A stretch of DNA of 63,079 bases, the filler included, from Reticulomyxa filosa (Eukaryota; Protista; Foraminifera), in NCBI GenBank assembly GCA_000512085.1. It is 18 parts of 18 records of this genome, joined end to end, with 100 filler letters (N's around TTAATTAATTAA, not from the genome) between each part and the next. Parts side by side here need not be neighbours in the genome. Positions count along the whole stretch, not along the records: positions 23,672 to 25,178 come from ASPP01000950.1; positions 25,279 to 29,279 come from ASPP01011723.1; positions 29,380 to 30,515 come from ASPP01031720.1; positions 30,616 to 32,565 come from ASPP01028140.1; positions 32,666 to 38,690 come from ASPP01010613.1; 13 more parts are not named here. One strand, written 5' to 3'. Shown here piece after piece: positions 23,725-35,393 of the stretch (within the stretch, counting starts at the first letter, position 1; each line of letters opens with the position of its first letter). A program made the position numbers and the translations under genes. The notes under the pieces were generated by a model. It searched no databases. It was not told where the DNA came from and saw nothing but the letters and a program-made list of their open reading frames with translations.

Positions 23725-24718
23725 ATGACTCACAAGCTGTCTGGAATACAACAAGTAATTCTATTTGAAGAATACGTATATGAATGTCGTATCGTGAGGC
23801 TGGCCAGCAATTTGGGATACATCATGACACAGCAAAAAAAAATTTACATCAGCATCTTGAACAGTGAAACGATTACACGCGAAAGAGGCTCTGGCCGTCC
23901 TAAAACGTTGACTGATAGAGATGCTAGGCTTGCGATGCGCTTAATTTACTCTGGAGATGCACAAATAGTAGTAGATTTGCAGCGACTAATCGCACCAACA
24001 TATAAAATAGCGTTTCTGTTAGCACTGTGAAGAACATTTTAAAATCCCATATCAAAAAGCATCGGTTAATAAGCCCCATAAAAAGTTACGTTTAGACTTC
24101 GCCAAAAAACAGTTGAGAAAAGTGACTTTTTCCGATGAAACGAAAATAAATCGTTTCGGAAAAGAATACATTTGGCGAAGACCTAATGAAATAATTTCAG
24201 ATTGTACTACTAAGCATACTGTGAAAGGTGGTGGAGGAAGCATGATGATTTGGGGAAGCATGTGGGCAAAAGGAGCCAGTGATGCTGCCAAAATCACAGG
24301 AACTGTTAACTCTGAGTGTATAAAGAGATTCTTGCTGACGAAATGTGGAACTCTAGTCAATATTGTCTCGAAGAAAAGTATCAGGATGACTTTATCGTTC
24401 AGCAAGACAATGCATCTTGTCACAAGTCAAATTCAACTATGGAATTTTTGAAGAATTATCGAATAGCGCTCTTAGAACATCCTCCACTGAGCCTAGATCT
24501 CAATTTAATCGAGAATTTGGGGCGAATTATAAAGAAAATTTTTTTCTTCCAATAATTTTTCTAAATTTTGTTTATTGTTTTTACAAACTACTTATAAAAG
24601 TGTAAACGTATATCCAGTAAACCAGAAAAAATAATCACAATTTGCTACTCAAATTTTCATTAGAAACACAAAAAGTTCATATTTTAGGGTTGTTTAATTT
24701 TTTTTTGTCGTAACTGTA
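23725..24718 (+). mobile_element. Decayed Tc1-family (DD34E) transposon: frameshifted transposase plus probable right TIR
   Basis: GSGRPK HTH linker, VTFSDETK, HTVKGGGGSMMIWG, QQDNASCH and DLNLIEN with 34 residues between the second D and E; split over 3 or more frames; the right end reads ...TTTTGTCGTAACTG|TA (24713-24718). Confidence 0.92.
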
Positions 24719-25351
24719 ATAATATCTGCAATTGTTTAAAATTTAGCTTAATACGCAATTAGGAATTAGTTTTGATAAAGTCTTTTCTATTATTTTTAAC
24801 TTTGGATAGAGTGTCAATATCTATTACTTTGTTAAGTCGTTTTCATTGCAAAAGTATATTTTGTTATGATCGCTTTTGATTTGTAAATTTTTTAGTGTAC
24901 AATTTGTACATTCACTTACATGCCCATCTGATTGCAGTCAAAAATCTGCATATCTTTGCTTAAGAATATTTATGGAAATTGACATTGTTGTATCTTCTTC
25001 TACTTCTTCTTGAAATATTCAAATAAAATGACATAAATAGATTTTCCTTTGGATTGAATTTACAAAATTGATCATAAACAAATTGCTTTTGTAAGGAAGA
25101 CAGATGTGTAAGATATAACTCTATTTTTAATGAAATGTAAAATTGTTAACATAAAGGAATAATTATAAATATGAACACNNNNNNNNNNNNNNNNNNNNNN
25201 NNNNNNNNNNNNNNNNNNNNNNTTAATTAATTAANNNNNNNNNNNNNNNNNNNNNNNNNNNNNNNNNNNNNNNNNNNNAAAAAAAAGGGGGGGGGGGAGA
25301 GATTGAAAATCCAAATTCAATCTTTTTTTTTTTAAAAAAAAACAACAGTAT

Positions 25352-26728
25352 ATGGCTTCTATCGCGCAATTAACCACAGGAATGATCACAAGAACTTGTA
25401 TTATAGCCCTTATCCTAGCTTATTGGATTACAATGTCAAGTTTTGGTACGATTTTTTGATCTTGCTGGCCTTCCTCATTTATACGTGGACGAAACAACCT
25501 TGCTGCAGTGCGAAAGAACCACTCGCCACTTATTCGATTTGTTTGCTTTGTTGTCCTCACTGCGTCTGTTGCTTCCCCACTTCGTCTTCTATGCTTAATG
25601 CTACTGCTGCTGCTGCCGCCACTGCAAATCCTTCTCCCGACCTTGTCGTCAATCCACAAAATCCTAAATCCAATCCTAATCCTAATCCTAATGAACCCAA
25701 TCCAACCGTCCAAATCGCCTCATTGCAACCGCCGATCAATCAAGCAGACAACAAACAACAAGGCTTTTATCACGAACATGAAGAAACGCAGGTATCTTTG
25801 CCACGTTCTTTCTATTTTTGTATATAGTGTTATGACAAGGTTATTTGTATTTTTTTGTTGTCGACTTTTTTTTATTTTTCCTTCCTCTCTCCCCTCTTCC
25901 CTCTTCCTTCTTCCCTCTTCCCGACTTTGATTAAAAAAAAAAAAAAGTTCCCTCGAATGAAATCAGCAGAGATTGGCGTGGAAGAAACCAAATATGTTGA
26001 TATTTTCAATGCCTATCGAAATAGAAACGGAAGTATCACTATGACTCCGGTCAATCTTCAAAAAGTGTTTCAAAAACAAGGTAGGAATTGTGTAATTTTT
26101 TTAAATTTTTTTTTTCTACGTACATATGTCCGAAGGGCGTTTCTATATTTGTTTGGTTTGGTTTTGAACGGGCAAAACAGTTAGCTCAACAACGAACGTG
26201 TCGGTGATTACATTCTTCTGGGAAAATGTCTTTCATAGGAACTTGCAAGTAAATGAAATGATATCCTCACTAAAATCATTTTTTGAATCGTTGACAAACA
26301 GTGAGGTGTTGATCTTTTTATTAACGAATATGAAAACAAATGAATTAAATGGGCTATTAGCAACCTTCAATTATGATCATCATGTTAACTACGACTGCAC
26401 TTCTATTATTGCCTCAAGGAGCAAAGAGTATTTGGATGACCATGCCGATGCACCTAACCAAGACATGGACGAGAATGAAATAGATATTTATTTAAGAATA
26501 GTTGGTGTAGATAGCAAAATTCGTCAAAAAGATGGCATGACTTTACCGACCATCTTATTAAAAATTATGCAAGTAACAAAGTGTCCTCACGATCGCTTTT
26601 TATATGTGGACTGCCACAAAGCCATTTTATCTCATTTAACTCAAATACAATTGTGTAAAACTCTTCAAATCGAAAAGAAAGGTCTCGTTACCCAAAATGA
26701 ATTGGATGCAATTAGTGCAATGACGTAG
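25352..26728 (+). CDS. Hypothetical membrane-anchored protein with a C-terminal alpha/beta domain, weakly HAD-like (5'-partial, ~3 exons)
   Basis: TM helix FWYDFLILLAFLIYTW, Cys cluster, (NP)n linker, then ORFs ~25948-26080 and ~26184-26728 joined by GT-AG introns. Confidence 0.5.
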
Positions 26729-27186
26729 CCATCAATTTTTGTTTACAAAAGAGCTCAGTCGATGTAATCTCATTTTTTTTGCGCTTTGTAGTCTTTGAAA
26801 TTTGGGGGAAGGGTTTAATGGCCTGTGGTCTTTAGAATTGACAGGGATTTAATGATGTAGAGTAAATCATATATTTTGAATTTGTATGAATATTTGCTAC
26901 ATTAATAAAGAAAAGCTTTGGCCAGCATGAAATGACAAAATGTGTAGATTGTGGTTTTCATATTATTATGATATTGTTTTTTACTTTCTATATCGCATAT
27001 GTTTGATATCACTCCTCTTTTATCTCAAGTCTTATTGTTTTTCTTAGAAAGAGCATGCAAGAAGTTTCCTCATTTTGCTGGCACAAAGTATCATCGTTTT
27101 TTTGAATTAAAACAATAGTGTAATTTTATGACAAAAAAAAATTGATGCCATGGGGTGTTAAAAAAATGACATACAATTTTTAAAAA

Positions 27187-28818
27187 CTAAAATTTGGCTT
27201 GATTGGCAGCCAAATTCAACAAGATTTCTTCACTTCCCCCTCCAATGGCATTAACTCTGACCTCTCGATAAATTCGTTCAACTTTTCCGGCCCTCCCTGT
27301 TCGCATGAATCCCCTTCCACCAAATATTTGTGCCGCTTCTCTGGCACAAAACTCCATTGTTTTGGTGCTTTGAACTTTACCTAGAGCCACTAAACCTGCC
27401 AAATGTTTCTCATCCACAACTCCGGGTTGTTGATTGCTCAAATAAGCAATTTGTTCCAGCAATGCATGAGTGGACTCAATTACACGGATCATTTCACTCA
27501 GCTTGTGGCGAATTACTTGATGATTTATCAGTGGTTTGCCTATTGTTTTTTTATTAATAAAAAAAGTTTGAGTGAAGCAAAAAAAAAAGTGACAAATGAT
27601 TGATGTCTCTCGCGCCCCCCCCCTTTTTTTTTTTGAACTCAGCAAACAAAGGGACCTAACCAAAGGTATGGCGCTCTTTCGCATATTTGATACTCTCTTC
27701 CAAGCACACACGAGCATATCGATTGCTTTCAACACTCATCGCAAAGCGTTCATGGTTGAAATTTTTCATGATATATTCCCATCCTTTGTTCAGCTCACCA
27801 ATAAGGAATTTTTTATGCACCCGTACATTGCGCAATACTACATGAGCCGTGGACGAGCACCACCAACCTTGCGTCTTCAACTGTTGGCAAAAAACTCCTT
27901 CCACAGCCTTGGGAATCAGCAGCATTGACAATTCTTGTTGCAATGCCCCACTCGACTCTTTTTCTTGTTTTTTCGTTGAGCCTGTTCGCACCGCTGTTGT
28001 AAAGTAATCCGCTCGCATTCCATTTGTAATAAAGTACTTTTCACCTAATTTTTTTTATTTTATTTTAAAAAAAAGGGGGGGGTGAGAAATTTTTTTTTTT
28101 TTTTTGATCCTTTTTTTTTTTTTTAAAAAAAAAAATTGCCACGAAACCGTTGACAATGAAATAATCAGGATCGGATGGGTCCACAACAGCAGTGGTCTTG
28201 ATTCTGCTAACGTCACTTCCACCACTGGGCTCACTGACAGCCAAGGCGATCAACTTTTTCCCAGATAAAATATCACGACCGATCTTGTCTTTCAAGTATT
28301 CACTTCCGAACATCATCAGTGGAGACGCTCCGATTTGCAATGCCAGGAACAACGACGCCACCAGTCCACCACAGGCCGTGCGCGCAAGTTCGTCGTGAAA
28401 TATCAAAAAGTGAAAGTAGTCCCACTTTGGTGGTCTTTGTCCACCATATTTCGTTTCGAACTGCGGGCAATAGACGCCGTTTTCGTAACTGTCAAATCAA
28501 TACACTTTTTTTTCTTTTTTTTAGCTCCTTTCTTTCCATTTGTAACGTGATTCCGTTCGTTGATACTTATTCAAAACAAAAAACAAAACAAAACAAAACA
28601 AAACGTAACGCTTTTTGGTGCAACGAGACTGGAAATGTCTCCGATTCATCCCATTTGTCCACGTGGGGTATCAATTCCTTGTCAATGAAATTTCTCACCT
28701 TGTCACGAAACTCAAAATGTGATTGATTGTAAAATGGACTTGGCTGATAAGCAAAATATGGTTCGCTATATGCAACCATGTCCTTCTTCAAGGAGGGTGT
28801 ATGCTTTTTGCTTGTCAT
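27187..28818 (-). CDS. Acyl-CoA dehydrogenase (LCAD-like catalytic arrangement), ~5 exons
   Basis: ALAVSEPSGGSDV, FIVNG|EKYFITNG, LIGELNKGW..IMKNFNHERF, ERHTFG|KPLINHQVIRHKL, QIFGGRG, AIGGGSEEIL. Confidence 0.95.
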
Positions 28819-29052
28819 GTTTTGTTGCTTTTCCGACTTAATGAGTAGTAGCCTTTTTCCACTCGTCGACGTCTCCCTCTAATTACGCTTTTCTTCGATC
28901 AAAAAGTGACTTAAATACAAGATTTTATGTTAATGCAACAAAACCAAACTTTCTACAACCCAAAGCAAGAAATTTCCTGCTTTTTACGTGTTTGCAACAA
29001 CGAAAGGGTCCGTTTCTGGAACAAAAAATATGATATGATCATTTGAAAAAAA

Positions 29053-29210
29053 ATGGAAAATTTGACTAACTTAAGTAAACCAGTGAGTGAATTAAAAGAT
29101 AAATGGCATTTAGTAGCAGCATTTGTGCAAACACAAGGACTAGCAAAACTGCACATTGATTCGTTCAATCATTTTCTCACGGAAGAGATCCACCAAATTT
29201 TGCATGTTAA
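29053..29210 (+). CDS. POLR3B: RNA polymerase III second-largest subunit, first exon (3'-partial)
   Basis: LSKPV..LKDKWHLVAAF....GLAKLHIDSFNHFLTEEI matches the RPC2/Ret1 N-terminus. Confidence 0.85.
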
Positions 29211-29379
29211 GTATTCAAAAAAAAAAAAAAAAAAAAAGTGAGGAAATTTCCAGATAAATTTCCCAAAAAAAAAAAAAAANNNNNNNNNNNNNNNNNNNNN
29301 NNNNNNNNNNNNNNNNNNNNNNNTTAATTAATTAANNNNNNNNNNNNNNNNNNNNNNNNNNNNNNNNNNNNNNNNNNNN

Positions 29380-30032
29380 CCGGCCGCCATGAAGGTCGCC
29401 ATGCGCTCCTTCACCGCTGCGTAATCGCCGGACCGGCAGAGCCCTCCGGACAGCTTGTCGATGCGGCCGGTCTGCGCCAGCGTCAGCATCAGGGCGCCCG
29501 TTACGAAGTGGTAGCCCCAGAAGATGTCCTCTTCAGCGCACTCCGGCAGGGCCTTCTTGAGGAGGCCGATGAGGCGCAGAACGACCGGGTCGAAATGTTC
29601 GTCCATCATCCTGGCGCCCCATTCGGGCGTACTCGCCACCTGAGCGCCCAGCGCACCGTAGTTGCGCCAGCCCTCGCCGCCTTCGGTATAGAGATCGAGG
29701 TCGGTGTCGAGGAAGGCCCGCAGCGCGCCTTCGACCGTCGGAGAGTCGCCGACCTGTCTCGCATAGTCGTCGAGCACCTTCATGCGTCGCTCGCTCGTCA
29801 CCACGGCCCGACGCGCGAACACGTCCTCGAAGAGCTTCTTCTTGTCCGTGAAGTAGTAGTTGATCAGCGTATGGTGCACGCCGACGCTCCTGGCGACGTC
29901 CTTGAGCGTCACGCCGTAGAATCCGTGCTTCGAGAAGAGGTATTCCGCGGTGTCGAGGATCTGGTCGATCGTCTCGGCCCGTTGCTCCGCCTTTGCCGAG
30001 CTCTTGCGCCGCTGTTTCATTGCTGTGGACAA
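29380..30032 (-). CDS. Bacterial TetR/AcrR-family transcriptional regulator (3'-partial), on a GC-rich bacterial contig
   Basis: ILDTAEYLFSKHGFYGVTLKDVARSVGVHHTLINYYFTDKKKLF is a TetR HTH; intronless, high GC3. Confidence 0.93.
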
Positions 30033-30383
30033 ATCTCGTTCGCCTCCTCATGGGGCACCGCCGGGAGACCCGTTTGAATTGGTAGTGCATTCGCGTTCCA
30101 CCGCCAACGGCCAGCCGGAGCGGGAGCAGGAGCGTTGCAGCCGCGACGACGGGGGATGGGCCGCGCACTGAAGCCAGCGCAGTGCTTTCCGAAGTCAGCC
30201 ACCCGCCGCAGCGCAATCGAGGACAGACCTGAGGGAATCGAGGAAGGACGGAAACGGAGCGGCCGCCGGGATCAATTTCCGCCCCGTCGCCCCAGCAACC
30301 ACCAGAGCAAAGGCGGAACGGCCCCAGCCTGCTGACGCGTGAAAAACGGGGAGCAGGCCAGCGGAGTCAAACGGCGGAAGCGA

Positions 30384-30515
30384 TCAGGACTCAATCGGGT
30401 GCTGCCCCCGCTCCGTCTCCTCCTTCATCTCAAAATCGAAGACGCGGAGCTCGACAATGGTGAAGCATCCGATCCAGAGCGCGGCGTCATAGGCACTGAC
30501 CAGGCTGTCGGCGTC
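30384..30515 (-). CDS. 3' end of a bacterial hypothetical (membrane) protein
   Basis: Open frame DADSLVSAYDAALWIGCFTIVELRVFDFEMKEETERGQHPIES* with high GC3. Confidence 0.5.
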   Translation of the reverse strand, partial: DADSLVSAYDAALWIGCFTIVELRVFDFEMKEETERGQHPIES

Positions 30516-30615
30516 NNNNNNNNNNNNNNNNNNNNNNNNNNNNNNNNNNNNNNNNNNNNTTAATTAATTAANNNNNNNNNNNNNNNNNNNNNNNNNNNNN
30601 NNNNNNNNNNNNNNN

Positions 30616-31182
30616 TTCATCTTTTTTACCTTTCAATTGTAACTCCACTTTAAGTGTTTTATTGTCCAAATTTAATTTCCTAATTTCTTCCATTTGTATT
30701 TTGTTCAAGATGGACATATATTGTTTTATTTTAGATCATCAATAAATAATGATACCTGATATTGTCGAAAAGATTTGATAACCAAATCAAAATGGAATTT
30801 CATATTTGATGTCAAATGATCATGAACCGCAGATTTTAAACATAAATGATTGCACCCAAATGACTCAAACCAACATTTAACCATTTGTAGACAACTACGA
30901 ACAGTTGTCATGAGGTTCGATTGGACAAGAATTTGGGTTTTGACTAAGAAATTGATTCAAGCAATTCTCTCCAACGATCAATGATTCATCCATGTTTTTA
31001 TGTTGAGAACAATCGATTTCCATTGGGTTGTTGGCGACTTGTTTGCAAATCAAACAAATAAAATCGTTGATGTCTTCCTGCTTGTTCAATTGTAAAACCC
31101 AATTTTTGTCAAAGCAAGATTGTTGTTGATGAAGTGACTTCAAGTCCAGTTTTGCATTGCCTTTACTTTTTTCTTCTTCCAT
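30616..31182 (-). pseudogene. Divergent RING + TRAF-type zinc finger + coiled-coil family member with an in-frame stop
   Basis: [17 protein letters not shown]...IVGENCL...CP...H, then TAG (30895-30897), then VKCWFESFGCNHLC...HDHL....FHFDL and a heptad region. Confidence 0.7.
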
Positions 31183-32162
31183 CTTACTCAGTTTCTTTCT
31201 TTTGGTTCTTGATTTCGTGGTAAGATGACGTAGAGGAATTGATTCTGGAGTTTTTGTTGAAGTTTTTTTGAACGGGGGAATTTTTATTTTGGCCAACTCT
31301 AATTTTTTTTTGTACAAAAATTACATCATTTAAAAAAATTCATTTCAAAAGTTGTTTTTGCTATTAAAATTAAAAAAGTAATATATTCTAATTACTGAAA
31401 TTATGTGATAAGATAAAACATTTATTGTTGAAGATGAAAGTAAAAACAGATTTGATTTGTAAATTTCACGCAAAAAACGAATACAGCATATTTACTCTTA
31501 TTTTAATAGTTTTTTTTCTTACTTGGTTGCTCCCTACAAAAAGGGGAAGACTTTTATATTCAAACAATTAAAAGTTCAATTCAAAAAGATTAAAAGTAAA
31601 AAACTTGCTGCAGTATAACCTTGAGTACTTTTCTTTTTTAAAGAATAAAATGAGAATGCTACGTCATTTAAGAACTGTGAAAAAGAAAAACTGTAGTTTT
31701 TCTAGAAATCCATATTCAAGAGTATCATGTGCAAATGATAATAACAAAATCAGACCGTCATTTTTTTATTTTCGGGAAACATCATCCCATCTTCACACAA
31801 AAGTCTTTTACGATAAAGTAATTTTAAAAAAAATTATATAAACTTATTCAACTATTCCAAATTAATTCATGAAAACTTATCATTTAAGTAATTTATGTAG
31901 TTTTTAATGTTTCAAAACCCGATACTCTTCAAGCTTGGCAAAGCAATAATCAATTTAAAAACAAAAAACAAACACATTTAAAGTTTATAAAAGCTGTGTT
32001 AAATTACACTTTTTATCCAGCATCGAAGTTCCTTTTTTGTTTTCAAACATTCTTTAAAACTGCCAAAATATCTTTGAATACCCCTTTCATTGTCCTTGAG
32101 AGAAAAAAAGTTCAATATCTTCCATTTTACATCATCAAAAACGAACTTAACAAAAAAATAAA

Positions 32163-32565
32163 ATGACAACTCTGAGTAATGAGAAGCAAACTCCAACACA
32201 ACTAGCGCTGGTAAGTTTTATCACAGTTTCAGAAAGTTTATTGTTTTATTTATCGTATGTAAATTGTGATTCAAACAGTCTGAAGAAGAAAAGATTCAAA
32301 TAATTATACAACATTGGATTCGAATATTGAAAATTAAATTAGGGTGGATTCATGAGTTTGACAAACTTGTTGTCAATTATGTTAGTCTATTTGCTCTTTT
32401 TTTTTTTTTTTAAAATACTAATCAAAATATTTATTTAACATAGATATCTATTATCTTCATATTTGACACATTTCGTTCATCATCCAAATTAATCAATACA
32501 TTCACTGGACATACTGATTGGGTGCGTAGTATTGATTATTCAACATTTGATGATTGTCAATTCAT
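32163..32565 (+). CDS. WD40-repeat family protein, N-terminal part (3'-partial)
   Basis: ATG exon, GTAAG intron, SEEEKIQIIIQHWIRILKIKLGWIHEFDKLVVNY, intron, then LINTFTGHTDWVRSIDYS (start of a WD repeat). Confidence 0.75.
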
Positions 32566-32665
32566 NNNNNNNNNNNNNNNNNNNNNNNNNNNNNNNNNNN
32601 NNNNNNNNNTTAATTAATTAANNNNNNNNNNNNNNNNNNNNNNNNNNNNNNNNNNNNNNNNNNNN

Positions 32666-33982
32666 CCCATTTCCTTCCATTTTTGAGCTGTTCCTGTGGA
32701 ATACATTAGCGCATGAACAACGCCATGTCCTCCTCGCTTTGATGAAATTTCATATTTTCCCTCCATTGCAAATTCAGCATTACTATTCTTTTGTTTTGTT
32801 TTATGTGCATTCTATATTGTTCATCATGATATATTATACATTTTGCTGTAGAAACCTCTTTTTTTTTTTTTTAGAGGGGAGGGGGGGGGGAAAGAGGAAA
32901 AGAAAAGAGAGAAAAGGAAATGCCAAACCGCCAAGTTGACATATTTAGGTTGAAGCATCCATGTGATTTGCTCTTCAGGCATGCCAAAATTAATATGATC
33001 TCTCATGAAGGCTTGCATTTTGTCGATGGTGTGATCGCTTACCATAATCGCCAAAGGAAGTTTGATTTGATCATCACCAGTCGCACGACGTGCCCGAGTT
33101 TGTAAGGCCAAAATCGTGGCTACGTATAATTCCATGAAACTTATTTCGGTGGTTATTTCAGAGGAAATCTCTACTTTTATTCCATCATAACCTAACCGTT
33201 CGTCCAAGTCTCCTATCACCAATACGTAGCCTGTCCTTCCCACCTAGTGCATTATTTGAACCACAAAAAAAATACGCATACAATTTTTCTCTTTTTTTTT
33301 TTTGTAGCTCTTTCTTTTGTTCAATAATAATAATAACAATAAATTGTTTTAACACCAAACTTGTTCCATTCCTTTTGTTTCAAACAAGTGGAATTGTGTG
33401 GAATTGAATTCGATTATTTCTCCTTTGGGAACTAATGGTACATATCCATCGTAAAGATTTATTCCTTTCACCGAATCTTCCAGCACTTTTTTTGCCCTTT
33501 CATAATAATTCTATAATATCGGCCATCATTTCATATTTTCATTTTACAGCAAAGAAGGAGGAAAACAGAGATGACATTGACAACAACAACAACAACAAAA
33601 GACCCCTTTCACTTCCTTCCTTTTTGTAACACGATCCTCCCTCTCCCTTGGACTTATTTTTTTCCTCTCCTTCGCACAAAACTTGCAAACCCCCTGGATA
33701 TTCGCAATTCAATTGCAATACTTGCTTTAACAATTTTTTTTTTACTTCGTCTTCTATTCCAGGATCAGGCCATTTATTCATTACGTGTTGTTGTTCACAG
33801 TAGATTAACACTTTTGCAGCTTCTCGCTCTTCTAGAGTCAATATCTTCCAATTGTCAATTAGTGGTTCACACCCTTTGCAGTATTTTTTTTTTTGTTTCT
33901 TTCTCAAAAGAAGTACGTACACAATAAAAAAAAAAAAAAAAAACCATACCACAGTTCTTTAAATCAAATGGCGTTTTCGGAT
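32666..33982 (-). CDS. UDP-sugar pyrophosphorylase-like domain with degenerate active-site motifs (probably the 3' part of a NAC fusion; 3'-partial)
   Basis: QQHVMNKWPDPG..QLNCEYPGGL, YVLVIGDLDERLGYDGIKV, LPLAIMVSD, FGM..EQIT..LQPK and SKRGGHGVVHALMY align with USP. Confidence 0.85.
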
Positions 33983-34056
33983 CTTTTTTTATTTGCACAT
34001 TTTTTTGTAAAGAAGGAAGATGTCGTAAAGGACACGAGAAAGAAAAAAAGGCAAAC

Positions 34057-34773
34057 CAAAAACGGGTAAATGATTTGGATTAATAGCATTTGTTTCATCC
34101 TTTTTAGTGCCGCCATCAAAGCTTTCACGTACCACTTGTGACAGATCATCTTTATTCGGACCCAATGTATCATTCAATTGTGATGCCAAATCCTTTTGTT
34201 TTTTTTTGTTTTTTTTTGAAATGGAATAAAAAAAAATAAGTGGAAACGAAAGCATAAAGGAAAAAAACTTTAATGTGAGTAATTTTGTCAAAATCTTTTT
34301 GTGGGAATAGTTCATCGCTTTTTTTAATGGAATTCAGACCCGATACTATATATACATCGGGAGTTGTGGCGGCTTGGACTGCACTTTTGATAAGAGTTAG
34401 TTCATTCAAGTACAACAACCACAATGTGACGCAGTGCTCCCCTTCTCTTTTTTTTTTGTATAACCATCATTACCTTTTGGTTTCTTGAAATGGATGACGG
34501 TTCCATCATCTTTGAAAAGATTTACTTCTTCAATTGATGGTAATGTACGAAGATTCAGCTTTTGCAATTCGTTTTGCGGCTCTTTTTCTGGTTTTTCATC
34601 CTCTTTCGACTTTTTTCCACTGATTTGTGTTGTCAAATTTTCAAATGTCTTTTTGAGGCGCTCTTGGATGTTTTCTTTCGATAATTTTGACCAAGTTGAC
34701 ATTATTACAACATAAAAAAAGGGTATTTATGCTGTCACTTGACCACGTTCCTTTTTGAAGTACTGTATTCCAT
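34057..34773 (-). CDS. NAC beta (BTF3/Egd1)-like domain (probably the 5' part of the same gene as the USP-like domain)
   Basis: ELQKLNLRTLPSIEEVNLFKDDGTVIHFKKPK|VQAA....YIVSG is the beta-NAC core; the start codon position is uncertain. Confidence 0.85.
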
Positions 34774-35393
34774 TTGGACTGTGTTTAAATTGACAGTGAT
34801 ATATTATTTTCTACAAGAACAATTTGAGAAAATAAAGCAGAAATATTGAACAATAATAACTGAATCTTAGTATTTTGTTTTGGATATTTTTTGATGAAAA
34901 TCAATAAAACAAAGTGATGTTATAATGTGTATAGATATATCTATTGGTAAGCAGAAAAACTACCTGATTTATTGAATAGACTGTATTAGAGGCGATAGAA
35001 TATGCTTTTTGAAAGACACAAAATCTATTAGAAAGTTATTTAATTAAGAAAAGGAATTTTAGTTTCAGAGTAAGCACTAACGATAAGATGCATTCTTGCA
35101 CTACTACGTTGGCCAAACTATGTCTAAATATGTACTATAAACAACATTGTTCAGTTGTTGGAGTATTCGGACAATTTTATTTTCTCAACAAATTACATCA
35201 TACAAGATGAATCCGGTGCAATTTTCAAAAAATTAATAAACAATTTATATCGAAAAGTACAATATGCACTTCATAATTTCTCGACAAATGAAAACTATTT
35301 GACTATTCAGCATACAATTATTACAAAAGATGAATAACTGTGAGGGATTTCACGTTTCGTTTGCATAGTGCCTATATTTAAGGTTGAGGATCC

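Noticed and set aside
29508-30335. Long overlapping ORFs around the TetR gene
   Set aside because: Shadow ORFs typical of high-GC DNA.
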